DNA of 64,000 bases from Klebsormidium nitens (lineage: Eukaryota > Plantae > Klebsormidiophyceae), in the NCBI GenBank assembly GCA_000708835.1, contig DF237090.1, forward strand, positions 112,462 to 176,461. The letters run 5' to 3'. A program made the translations under genes and the position numbers. The notes under the pieces were generated by a model. It did not search any database, had not been told where the DNA came from, and worked only from the letters and a program-made list of their open reading frames with translations. Below are positions 27,310 to 44,709 of this stretch, piece by piece (positions within the stretch are counted from its first letter, which is position 1; each line of letters opens with the position of its first letter).

Positions 27310-30300
27310 TTACAGTTCGATCTTATCGATGCAGATTCGCACTAATGTGGAGTAATTCTCCGGATCCGACATTCGAATTGCCGGATGGAGAGCTTTATCT
27401 TTCTTACATTTCCCTATTTGAATTGACTGAAGAGGACCCTGCACGGACGTTGCCATCGGCTGCGCCAAGAAAAGAGCAGAATTTAGGGAAGTGCGACGCA
27501 GCCGACTGGATGCATCGGTAGCCATGAAGCACAATGGTAGGTCAACCCACTCACGAAGTGGCAGCTTGCTGGCCCCTTTGACGAAGCGTGTGAAAATACA
27601 GTCGGCTTTGTAGGAACGAGCGATAGAAACTAACCTTGCCGGGATGCAGGAGGAAACCGAAAGCTGCAAGGTGGTAAAAAGTTCGTCAACAGGACTGCAA
27701 GTACGAGGACTCACCTCGATCAACGCGAACTTGCCGTCGGCGGCATCGCAGCCATCCAGGAAGAGTGACGTGAGCATGGGCATCCGGTCGTGGGCTGCTC
27801 TGATGAAGTCGACGGGCAGCCCCCGGCCGCTGTGCACCAGCTTCAGGGACGCGAGCGCGAAGCAGGAGGTGAAGAGGACGTCGGCACCGTCGGCTGTGAC
27901 TCGGCCACAGTTCTGCACGGAACGTCGACACGCAGTTGATCCGCCGTCAGAGGAAGTCGCACAGACTTGGTCGGCAGCACGCAGTATTCCATTGCCCCTG
28001 ATCCTCGCTTCCAAGACGTGCCACATCTCGAGAGAACCGGCAGGTGTGAACAAGGTCGATGGGGAGGGCACACGTGTCTGTGTGAGCGAAGCTAGCAATC
28101 AGTCCACTCACCAATCCAGCAGAACTTTCGCCTGGGATGCCCTAGCGTTCTCGAACAATCTCAACGGATCGTCAGGCCATAGAATTTCACGCTTACCTCG
28201 AGTGCCAGGTGGCGCAGTGCGGGCCAGCCCTCGGCGATGAGTTTCAGAGCGGCCGGGGTCAGTCGGCGAGCGCCCGCCAGGGCGAGCTTTTCGAGCGTGG
28301 GCAGTCCGTTGGCCAACCGGGCGATGCAGGCATCATCGAGGGTCGAGATGCCCCCGATCTGCAGAAATTGTGAGAGCGCTAATGAGGCCGGCACAGCAGT
28401 GCCTGGATCAGGATTAGGCCTTAGCTTCTAGTTGAATGCGACTGTGGCTTTCCAAAACTTGGGTAAGGATCGAGCAGCATAGCCAAAACAAAGTGCAGAC
28501 TGTTGAGCAAAGCACGCAGACAGTAAGATCTCTGTGTCCTTTCTTCAGGCACTCAGAGAAGGCTGCGCACAGTCGTAAAAGTCCTGTCGGCTTCCGAGCA
28601 AGAGCGTCACGGGAAGACAATAACGTATTCGCGGGAAGCTAGCAACAGATATCGTCAAAGTGCCGAAAGGCTTACTGCTTGGCATACGAAGTAATGCATC
28701 AATCAATCACTTAAAAGATCTACGCACGCTAACCGCTTACCAGCTTCAATGTTCGCAGGCTGGCCCCTGCCGCCGAGCCACAGAGGGTGTCCAGCAGCCT
28801 GGGCGTAAACGGCCCCGCACAGTGGTGCAGGCTCAGGGTCGAGAGGTGCTGGGCCTGACGAACAACCGGGAGGATGCCCTCCCCGGAGATCATCTGTTAA
28901 AAGGAAGAAACAGGCTGGGGGCCAGATGTTGCAAAAGACACAGGAGGTGAAAGTTTGAGCGAAGCAGCGACGGCGTCGCCCACTGGCTTGCAAACGAGAC
29001 TGTAGATGCGTCATACAAAGTGGCGTCCAAATCTGGATAAAATCATACATGCGACCAGTAGCGTAAGTTCAGACACTGACCGTGCACGCGCACCGGATCC
29101 GGACAAGCGGGCCGCCTTTGAAACAGAGCCCTTGATTCTGGGCTTCAAAGGCGCACTTCCACAAAGAGATAACTCGTCTATAGCGTGTCAGCATTGAACC
29201 GGACAAGTCAAAAGGCACGATCAGTCAAGCAATCATCTGACGAAGCAGGATAAGGACCTGTTCTTGTGTCCACTAGCCTCACCAGCATGCGCAGCCTGAG
29301 ATGCTCCAGCCGCGGGCACGCTCCTGCAAGCTCCGCCAAATCCGCGTCACTGACCGCTGCCCCCAGGCCCAATGTCAGCGACCGCAGCTGGCCAAGGGCG
29401 GAACCCAGGCGCCGAAAACTCCCGTGGCCGAAACCCCAGCTCACTTTCAGCGTCTCCAGCTTGGACCCCTCTCCCCACACCGCCGGCTGCTCCGAAGGTC
29501 CGACCGAAAAAGGTTCTTCGGCTTGTCGATGCCCGTCTGCTGATCGCTCTGCTGCTGACTTACTACCAACCCTGTGCCCATCAGTCTTCCCGCTCGACGT
29601 CGATTCGGCACGAGAGCAGCCGTCTTTCATTCCGAGCCTACTACAGTCTCCCCCGTCGTCTAGAGAGCACTCACGTGAACCGACCTGGTTGCAACCCCTG
29701 ACGTCCAGCCGCTGGAGCCGCGGGTTCTTGCGCAGGAGCATTGCCAGCTCGTCGCCTGGTATCCGGAGCCCGTTCACGTCGAGTCTCCGGATGCTCGAAC
29801 TGGCGAACGAGAAGCTGCCCGAGGCTACAATGCCGGACAGAGAAATTTCTTCCAGCCGGTCAAGCCCGGCGGTCAGGGCCGCAGCATGCTGCCCGCCCAG
29901 CTCTCTGCAGTGGCTGACGTCCAGAACCCGCAACCAGGACACGTCTGCTCCCAAAACCCCGCTCGTGGGCGCCTCGAAGCCGCCCTGCTCCGCCCGTGCT
30001 CCCAGCAACGGGCCACTGTTCGCATTCTCACCACATGGCTTCCCAGACGGAAAAGTAGAGGCAGGCTGTTCAGTGCCTTCGCGCACGCTGGCGGCTGCGT
30101 CTGCTGCTTCTATGGAACCTCTCGACGGTTCATCGGTGCCCTGGGTCCACCCATCTCTCGCCAGCAGCGCTGCCGCGGACTCCCTTCCGAACTTCGTCCC
30201 CGCCGCTCGCAGTTCCGTGAGGCGGGGCAGCTTGAGCAGAAGCGCTGCGAGGCTGTCGTCCGCCACGTCGGGGCACCACGAGACGTCCAGGCTGGTCAGG

Positions 30301-33300
30301 TTGGGACACGTGGAGGCCAGCAGATGCAGCAGCGGGGCACCCACGTCGGAGCGCTTGCGCAGCGCGATGTCCACCAGCCGGGGGTAAGCGCACCGGGGCT
30401 GCACGAGGCCTCGCTGACTAAGAACCGCGGGATCCGAGTAGCCCCCCGGACCGAGGATCTTATTTGCTGGGGCCCTGCGCACTGGCCGCGGGGTCCAAAT
30501 GTCGTCGAACTGAGTGGGGGCTTCGTCGGGAGCCCACCCGGGCAGCATCCAATCAGGCGACGGCTCGTACGGCCGGCGCTTCGGCTGTCCCGACGAGACA
30601 GAGAGGTCGAGAGACTGGAGGTTGGGGTGGCCTTCCCCCAGAAGGAACGCGGAGGGCAGGTGCGGGCAGTTGACGGCGGTGAGGTGGGCTAGACTGGGGA
30701 GCAGGTCGGCGAGACCGAACAGGAGTGCGTGGTGGCGCAGGCGCCAGCAGTCGGAGAGGTCTAGGCGGGTCAGGCGCGGGCAGGGGCGGCGGAAGAGGGA
30801 GAAGAAGGACGCCTCGTTGAATTGCTGGCAGCCGCGCAGGTCCAGGCCCTGCACAAAAGGGACCGACGGGTTCAGTCGATGCCAGGGGGAGCCTCAAACC
30901 TAGGGGGATGGGGTAGCGGGGCTTTGACCAAGACTGAAGGCGATGGTGACGCATCTTCGTTCCCTGAAGAAGCACGGAAGAGTCAGGCACGGTAGGTGCG
31001 GATGATAGATTCAAGGAACGGGCGACATCAGAAGAGGATGACTCGGCATCGTTGTCCGAGCTGCAAGCAATCTGGGGCATGTTTTTTACTGCACAAGGAG
31101 GCAGCTCTTTTTCTAGGACCTATGAGCTTACTCTCGGTCGCATCCACGAGACAAGCAACACACGAAAGTAGAAACAAGGCTCTACATGGTCAAAATCTGA
31201 AGTAATCAGGACACTGGTGGCGCGACTCCAAAAAGCTGTCCCCGGAGAGAGGCGAGTTTCATCCCCCTAGTATGGACAGGCGTACCCTGACGACCGACGT
31301 GACCTGTACCGTAGAACGCTATGAATAGCACATCAAAATCATTCCTACCTCGAGGAACTCCGATACCCGGGGCAGGAAGTCTTTGGAAAGGGTGGGCTGC
31401 CGTTTCGAGGATGCGGAGGCGCGGGGCTGGCTGGCCGCAAGCAAGGCCGCGTCAAGAACACTGCCCAGGGGTGGGCTCCGGCGACGTAGCCCTGCATCCG
31501 CATGAATGCTGTCATCACGAGTTGCACGATTGTCACCAATTTCTCTGAAAAATTCCTCGAAGTAACGAAGCTGGTTAAAAGATTGGCTGTATGTGCACCG
31601 CAACCTCCACACAAGAACATCACTAATGTGCGAGGTGTCTCGAAGAGAGAGATCAAAGTCATCTAGGCCATGGAAAAGGGAAATGTGAGTTTTCATGAGC
31701 ACGTACCTAGGCGGAAGGGGAGGGGTAGCATGGCCCACCGGATCTCCTGCATTAGAATCACAAATCGGTCTGAGATTGCAGATGCATTAAGTCCAGTATG
31801 CTAACGACATGGCGGGCATGTGACAGGCACTTCAGCAGAACCACCAAGAAAAACCAGCCAAGCATAACGATGAATCCAGCCTTTAGTAGTCTCTTTTGAT
31901 GGACAGTTGCATACTTGTGGACCATGAATCATCTCTTCTAGGAAGCATCGGACCTGCTGGTGACTGAGCTGGAGTGCTAGTTCTGGCTCGTCCCACCTGC
32001 AAAAAGTACAAAGACTCAGGCCCAATCGTAAAAGGGACTCTGCTACAAGCCACAGGGCGAAGTCTGCAAGTCAATCAACCTAGCTTTCGGATTTTCGGGT
32101 CCAATCAAACGAAACAAGATCAGGCAAACGTTGAGTGGAAAAAGGCGGCAACAAGCTCATTATCTGCGGCGCGTCGCCTTACCTTGGCTGCCAAGCTCCA
32201 CACATCTGCACATTTGTCCGTTGCCCAGTCCAGAAGCGCCTCGCAAACTACCTTTTCGCTGCACAGAGGGGCAGATAGTCAGATTCTGGCAACCAAATTC
32301 CTTTCTGACATGTGCATCACGTATAGCAGATCCTTCCGAGGGGCAGACCTTCTGGTGATCAATCCAAGACATATAGGACTACCTTAAGCTGCGCAGACGT
32401 TGAGGACTGGACAGTTGGACGATTTCTACTTGCACATCGGCCTCCACATCTTCGACCTATTCCTTGATCTTGGAGACCGGGGTTTCCCTCACAGCAAAGA
32501 GGCCGAGGAAGTACTGCTCCTCACCTGGGAACTGTGAGGTGCTCGCTGTTGACGACCGCCATGAGCAGCTCGAGCGGCGCCTCTCGGAGGGCCTGCTGGG
32601 CCACGGCGTCCTCCTGCCACCGCATAGCACACCGTCAGGGAACCCTCCAGTCAGATCACACCAGACCCAAAGCTGGGCAGGAAGAGAAGGCCATGCTTTC
32701 GAGGTGAAAGGATCTTCTCAGGCAGCTCGGACGTATTCAGAGACACAATCTGCGAAAAGCTCAATGCTTGGCAGGCTGTGGCCTTTCTTACTTGCTCGAA
32801 GATCAAGTCCACATGATGGACCAGATTAGTGGACAAGATGAAGGGCATGTGATGAACAACGGAGGTCTCACAAAGAAGACTGCCAGGGTCACCACGCAGA
32901 GCTCAGCCACGGCGTCCGCCGCTGCAGCATCTCTTGCCACGTCCTTGGCGGCTGTCCAGAGGCCGCACGCTGATTCGAGGTCCACCACTGGCCCGCTTTC
33001 CTGACCGGGCCGAGGGGTGCAGCTGGAGATCCAGTTGCGACACTGACCCAGGAGGCTCTCGATGCCAAACATGTAAGCAGACTGCAAAGAGATCGACATG
33101 ACTTTTCAGTCAAAAGATGGTTGCCGCTGTCAGGGGCTGTCAGGAATGCATGGAAGTTCGTTGCAGTACCCAGACAGAGACTACAGAGAACATCACGTTT
33201 TATCGAGTAGTCAGCTGATATGCAAAAGCTGAAGGCAGTTCTCATCCAGTAGTTGCGGGCCAAGAGAGAGCAGGTACATTGAAGCGGTGGAAGTGTGGTA

Positions 33301-33716
33301 AGATTCACCCCAGACGTGCTCACCTGTATCAGGGGCAGGATGTCATTGGGCTCGATGTTCAGTTCCTTGCCATAAAGGAAGCCCAGGACCTTGGCAAAGA
33401 TGGTCGCATCCCAATGCACTGTGACAGTCTCTTGGGTCGCCTCCTTGAAATTTGAGAACAAGGACTTGAAATAGTCAGAAGATGAAAGCAAAACGCTCTT
33501 ATGTGCCAGGAATTTTGTTGCATGTCCTCCGGCCCCCTTTGGCGATTCTCCAAAGCCACCGTCACTGGCCTGTTCTCTGATTGACCCCTGTGCGTTTTCC
33601 CCCTCTGTTCCCAGCAGCTTCTCCGGGAAACCATCGGGACCCTCACAAACAACTAAGGTCACATCACCTTGATCCAGCGGTGGTAGTGCTTCTGCGAGGG
33701 CGCTGAGATCCATCAT
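27310..33716 (-). CDS. FBL11: BTB/POZ-BACK-LRR protein, FBL11-like (multi-exon)
   Basis: Exon 1 (33716-33324) encodes a BTB (FLAHKSVLLSSSDYFKSLF...VLGFLYG). Exon 2 (33081-32872) has SAYMFGIESLLGQC. A BACK-like EAPLELLMAVVNSEHLTVPSEKVVCEALLDW follows, then AMN1/RNI-type LRR exons (LDLRGCQQF, LTRLDLSDC, LTSLDVSWC, LQRLDVRGC). Middle exons and the last exon are less certain. Confidence 0.8.
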
Positions 33717-33884
33717 GTATGACCGCTGGAACAGCTACCGATGTGCACCCAAAACCGGAATGATTCACAAAACTATGGCCATCAATGCTTGATGCGCTGC
33801 TCTTTGATATGTAAAGCCCCTATTACTTAATGAAAGCTGACGGGCTTCAAAAGTACTGCCCCTCTGCTTTCTCAACTGTGCTGG

Positions 33885-34591
33885 CTACTTTGTTTTGTCC
33901 TTGGTAGTGACAGTGGTGCCAGCTTGGGGCGAATCAGCGTAGTACTCCTGCTTGCTGATGTTGACTCCGTACTCTTTCAGAGCCGCGGCAAGATCTTCGG
34001 TGGTCAAGACGAGCTGCTTTGATCCCCTCTCTTTCTTGTCTTTGCTGGCAGCCTGCAACAAAATAAACCCGAATATGCACCACTGTTTCTTGTTTGGAGA
34101 GTGGCACTATGATACAACACTCACGCTGCCAAGCCAAGACAAAACACCTTGCTCGCAAAATGTCCTATCTGGAAACCGTCTACATTTGTACCGAGAGGGA
34201 GATTATGCAGTGAAAGCGCGCACAATAGCTTGCAGCATGTTCAGCATTGTGTATTGCGTTCCCCATTCTTTTACTGCAAAATAGTGATGCTCATAAAGAT
34301 TCGAAACTAGGCCCACTGTTGAAATGGATCAAGATTGTATTCATGTGTGAAGGATGTTTTTAGAACATAGCTTACCTGCATACGAATCTTGCAGTACTGC
34401 AGCGCATCATTGACAATGTCCCCAATGAACTTTTGAGCAGCAACCGACACCAGGCGGGTCATTCTCTCATCTGGACACTGGAAGCCACTCCGCTGCAAAT
34501 AGTGCCCGGTGAGCTCGTCAGGAATGGTTGGCACGTAATCCGCTAAGGATGCAAGGAATTCCTCCACTTCATCGGACGCAGGACCCGCCAT
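33885..34591 (-). CDS. TAF10: TFIID subunit TAF10 (2 exons, 127 aa)
   Basis: Exons 34591-34376 and 34052-33885 give FLASLADYVPTIPDELTGHYLQRSGFQCPDERMTRLVSVAAQKFIGDIVNDALQYCK...LVLTTEDLAAALKEYGVNISKQEYYAD. Confidence 0.96.
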
Positions 34592-34997
34592 TGGTGCTCA
34601 ATGCTTAAAATCAGTATTATGAGTATACAGAAATATGATCAGCTGAGGTACGCCCCAGGGCCTAGCTTTAACATGGGCCATGCCATCATGATGATCATCA
34701 GCCATGCCACTTTTTGCCCCCATGATTTGCCATGTCCAGCTTGTTCTCGATTAGGCCCCCATACCGGGGTCGACGCCCTTCAAGGCTTTCCTTACTGCTC
34801 GATGCAAGACGATCCGTTCGATCCAGGAAATCTGCCGATCGGACGATCGAAAAAGCGTAAAGAAGGTTCACAAATGAGCTCACCTAATCAATCTTGTGAA
34901 GTCTTTGTCCTTATCAGTGCAGCACACACTGCAGTGCAGTGGCAGTGGTGAAGACCAATTGTCGGAAACAGGCGCATGATCAGCAAGGAGGAGCATC

Positions 34998-37055
34998 ATG
35001 GCCTTCCTCTCCTTCGTGGGAAGAACGTTGTTTGTGGCTATTTTCCTAGTGGCTGCTGTCCAAAAGTAAGGAATTCTTCTTCTCCTTATGAAACGTGCCA
35101 AAGAGTCGTTGCATCCCCTGATGGAAGAGCAATATGCAAGTACCAAACAACGAAAGATCAATCTTTAGGCCTTTGACTTTTAAGCATTCAGTATGGTCTG
35201 GCATGACCTCAATATGGGCCGGTCCTGATCGTGTGTGCGCTGATAGCTTCTGTCAGGTGGCATCAGAAATAGCAGAAAGCTGATTCGTGTACCATCATAC
35301 ATCATTGCAAACTGTTGCATTTTGTGTTGGTCAGATTGTGTGCTGGTTGTTACGCTTTAGTCGTACAATTTCAGTGAATTCATAATTTTGCAGGCTTGCA
35401 TATATAGGTGTCCAGCATGCCACTCTGTGCCCATCTATTGCCTTGATGCGAGTCGCAAATTGCATTGGAAGCGGTTTGTTATGCATTTGTCACCCGTGTA
35501 AGCTTGGCAACAAGCAAATTGTCTGGCAATCTTCATGACAGATTTATAAGGAGCTCACATCGCAACAGGTGCCGGAGCAACAGTGCTTTCTGGGACTGAA
35601 CAAATGCTGTTTCCTTTCTTGTCTTCTATCAGGGCATCAGAATATGGCGCCGACGGTGGGAAAGCTGCAGAGTTGATGAGGCCGAAGCTTGATGCTTTCT
35701 ATGCACATGTGCAGTCAAATCTGCATGTTGCGCTCCCTGTGATTGAGGTATGGTGACTGCAACAAATGAAATGTGCTCAAATGGGTGCCAATTCAGAGAT
35801 CCTTTAAGTTGTAATGATCTGTGACGGGGATGTTTGTGCACCAAGTCTGAAAGAAGGAGATGCAATCTATAAGTACCTTTTGCTGATGCACTTACCTTTC
35901 TAGCCACTCAGCCTGGAGCAGCCTTCTTGTCAAAGTGAGCTTCATACCTGAGATCCATATTCAAAGTGTTTCATTTACCCTGGAATGCAGGCGAAGTATC
36001 TGCTGGCGATTGCAATAGGTCTGGAGTTCTTTGGGGGCCTTCTTTTCTGGTTTGGTAGCAGCCTCGGCGCATGGCTTCTGGTGAGTTGGCCAAGGGCGAA
36101 ACAATGGCTCCAATGCTTCCTGTCCATCACTTATTAGCTGCGGAAACTTTGCAGCAAAGGTGACAAGGTAGAGGCACTTTACTTGCTGATGCAATTCAAC
36201 AGGCTCTGGGCTGAACGTCATTGACCAGCTAAAGGGGCACCGAGTAACATAACAACTGGGAAAAGCTGGGATTGGTCTTGTGCCCACATGCTCAAGAAAG
36301 TGATGGAGGCGCTACAGAAAGTGATTACAGGAGCCCCAGTACTATCAGTCTATTAGCTGAGCTGTACATCAGCATGAGGCTGTTGAACGGGTTTTGAAAG
36401 GAAACCAGCACGCATGCCCGCCTGAATATCTATGTGGTCGACAGTCAAGGCTTCCGCTCCGAATAGCTACCTTGGTGGAGCTTTTAAAATGTTATTGCAA
36501 CGAGCCCCAAACGTCTGACTAAGCAATTGACTATCTGCTCGCCACTAGGTCAAACAATTCCTTTGTGACCAGCAATGTCGGATTGAGTGTGCTGATAAGA
36601 GCCAGATTGCTGCTAACCTGCGTGTCAAGCTATTGCAGCTGCTCTTCCTCGTTTCGGTGACACCCATCATGCACGACTTCTACAATCAAGATGTTGGGAG
36701 CACTGAACAGACAATCGAACTGATTCAGTTCATGAAGGTTGGTTGTTCGCAACATCAGTTTCCTCTTCGAGCTGGGACTCCTTGTAAGGATGCTTTGAGC
36801 TCACGAAGCATTAATCTTCAGTCTATTCGGCTCGTGCCAAAATAACCTCCCTGTTGCATTCAAACCCTTGTTTTCAAAACGCTTTTCATTGTGAGCATGC
36901 CTATCTTTCACATCGTTCAATGTTGTCTCCGCTCTTTGCAGAATCTTTCCTTGACGGGGGCTCTGTTGTTCTTCCTGGGATTGAAAAGCTCGGTTGGGAG
37001 GGCATCGCGGAGGAATAGGTCGAAAGTCGTCGCCAATAAACCAAAGGTTTCTTAG
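34998..37055 (+). CDS. HR-like lesion-inducing family membrane protein (DoxX/SURF4-related; 5 exons, 161 aa)
   Basis: Exons 34998-35065, 35633-35747, 35991-36080, 36639-36737, 36942-37055 splice in frame to MAFLSFVGRTLFVAIFLVAAVQK..GADGGKAAELMRPK..GGLLFWFGSSLGAWLLLLFLVSVTPIMHDFYN..IQFMKNLSLTGALLFFLGLK plus a basic tail. Confidence 0.9.
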
Positions 37056-38029
37056 GCTCAAATATCCTTGTAAGTTCTATAGCCATATAGGACGGAAGGA
37101 ATAGCACTTTCGACACCGTAAAGACCTCACAGGTATGGAGAGGCCGTCAGGTAATGACAATCAAGTAAGAGTCGGCGGTGCACTAGCCATAAGGCCCAGA
37201 AAACACTTAATGCACATCTTAAAAAGTTAACGGTCAGCGAAGGCTGATCATTGGGCTTTTGCTCACTCTCAACCAGGCTCGCACAGAGTCTGTTGCTTAT
37301 ACTACATCCTAGTTCTTGAATTTTCGAAGAGTGTACTGTCAAGAAGATACCAAGACGTTCTGTTCATTGTTGCCCTGAGCCACACTACTATACTTCAAGT
37401 AGTAACTGTGTATTAGATGTTCTTGGATCACATGAGCCAGGCATCTTGGATTGATGTAACAAATTGGCGCCATGACGCATCGGATGCACTTGTTTGGCTT
37501 AGTGTCTTGCGCGCACCTTGCATGCAACTAGAACATGTCGTCTAGATGACAGACTTACAGCATCACGTTCGCATTGGGTGACAGTGCATATGCATGCCGC
37601 TGACCACCATATATGTTTTATGTTACCGTGCCGCCATGGCCGTTGTTTCGATTGTTGAAAGGTCTCCAGGTCATGCATATCTATTGCTCATGCCTGAAGT
37701 ATGGAAGCGACTGTGGGCTGCAGAGACTCGGAAGGATTTTCGGACTCGAGTGCACGGGGTCGGAGTGCACCACATACTGTCCACCGCCGCTGGATTGGAC
37801 AACTACAGAGCTACCTATACGATAGTTTGAGAGACGATTAGGTACTACATTAGGTAGGTACCTTGGCCTCAGTAGCTAGGACAGTCTTTGGTGATTGAAC
37901 GGAATCGTCTGTTGGCCGAAATTGATCTCACAATTTTGATTCAAAACACCCAGCATGGCGGTTGTTTCGGTAGAATCACGTCGGAAGCCAATAAGAACGC
38001 TGCAGATTGGAAAAGCGTATGAACCTGCT

Positions 38030-38037
38030 CCACGTGG
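38030..38037. promoter_or_regulatory. Palindromic G-box (CCACGTGG) about 340 bp upstream of the GAPB ATG
   Basis: Exact motif, with CCAAT (37988) and ATTGG (38006) nearby. The position suits a light-regulated gene, but function is inferred. Confidence 0.45.
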
Positions 38038-38380
38038 ACAAATTGGTGGGTCAGAAGCTCCAAAGATGAAGGGCCAAGATCGCATGCGGGTTTGGACGGC
38101 CACAAGCTGTTAGAAAAGTGATCCAAAAATCTTAATCGACGGTCACGTCAAGTTGCCGGACTTGATATCTGTCAGACTCCAGTCGAGCACACTGCGACTT
38201 CTTCCTCTGAACGTCAGGATGACTCGTGCCGATTGCTTCTCCAAGCGCTCCAGCACCAAGCTCCTTGCTGCAGCGAAGCGTTTGCGCTGCATTGCAGGCG
38301 TTGCATTCAATCGAGAGGGTTGAACAGGACATCCTTGAAAAGACGGCTAGGGCAGCTGTAGATCCATACTCGAAGCTACC

Positions 38381-43179
<4,799 letters not shown>

Positions 43180-44709
43180 GCTTAGAAACCTTGTACAGAG
43201 GTAGCCCGCCAGCATTCCACGTACTGTAAACTGACGTCATACTGCTTCAACCGAGGCCTGCTTTTGATGAATTGAAACGGAACAAGGCCCAAAATAACTC
43301 AACGTGCAAGGTTATTCAACGGGAGGGGTCGAAAGAGTTCCCTTGTGCTCTAGTATACGTGGTGCGGTCGGATGCATACCTCGTAAGCATACCGAGCCTG
43401 GTATCTTTTGCATCCTCATAAGGTGGTGGCCAAGCATTTAACCTTCGTGTTGATGAATTATGGTCGGTTGCATGCTTGGGGATATTAGCCATCGTATGGC
43501 TGGTTTGCGCCCCCTGTTTCAGAGCTAAAATCCACTCATCAGGTTCAGCACTTTAAGATCATCGGTGATGAGTGAAGGCTATCCTTGTCATTCGCATGTG
43601 AACACGACTGAAATATCAATAGTGGACTAGGAAAATGATAAAAGAAGCATGACTAATACGAAGAGGATTGTATGAGTATGAGCACGAGGACTCAAGGCTC
43701 TGACCACCGACTCTTCAAAATGTGTCACAGACGCACTGCAGACACTTAAGGAGGACATCGTGAGAAAGTGATCATACGCCCGGATTCAACCTTTGACTCA
43801 CGGTCGCTTATACAAAAGCCACATGGGGTGGCAGATTGCTCAGCTTGACGGGCAGTCAATGCCCGCGTTACGTAGATGTTGCTGCGAACCACATGGGGTA
43901 GACGCCCCCACCAAATGCGACGCGAAAGGATTGAGCTTAAGACTTAGTCGGCTTGCAAGGTCGCCTTGAATTCAGATCTCAGTGTTCATTGGCAGTAGAC
44001 TAATCTCATACTAATAAGGTGCGTTCAGAATGCCGTAAATCAGTAAATCCATTCATATCATGATATATCATCGTCATTCAAGGATTCAAGTCGAAGGTAG
44101 TCACGACTCACTGGACAGATGGCTGACGTCAACCCGGCAAAGAAGGTTCATGCCGGTCATGAACCTGGGTCTGCCAATCGTAGCCGTCCAAGTGAGCACG
44201 ATCCGATCGCGAGAGGCACAATCGGGCTAGGGGATTGGAGCCCCGGGGCGAGCCTCCGAGCCATACCGTAGTCCAAGTCCTCGGCCTCCCAGATTTTCCA
44301 GGCTAGCCGGTAGGCAGCTAGGTACGGTGTACGACCGTGTACCTACTTTACCTTGTCCTATACACTAAGGTATTTAGGTCGCCACTACAGGGCTCTGGAG
44401 TCTAGACAACGGCTCCAGTCTAACGGTCCCAGCAAATTGCACGTGCATGGTCTCGTCAAATCGGACGGCTTTGTAAGCGTTTTGATCAAGGATCGACGGT
44501 AGATGATAGCACCAGATGAGTCCGTTCTGAAGAAGTGGTCGGTAGAACCTACCAGGCCGCAGCTTGAGATCTGCTGCTGCGGAATCCGAACCTGTCGTCT
44601 TGCACTTGCGCAGGCTCATTTGGCACCAACTTCGGAAGCAGATTCTACAAATTGCAGCATTGAACAGGCGCAGCTCAGCATTGCGCTCAGGCAACCCGTA
44701 GCCACCATC

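Noticed and set aside
35961-36287. Minus-strand ORFs around 34880-36287 as an unknown gene or transposon remnant
   Set aside because: They are explained as antisense to exons of the plus-strand HR-lesion gene.
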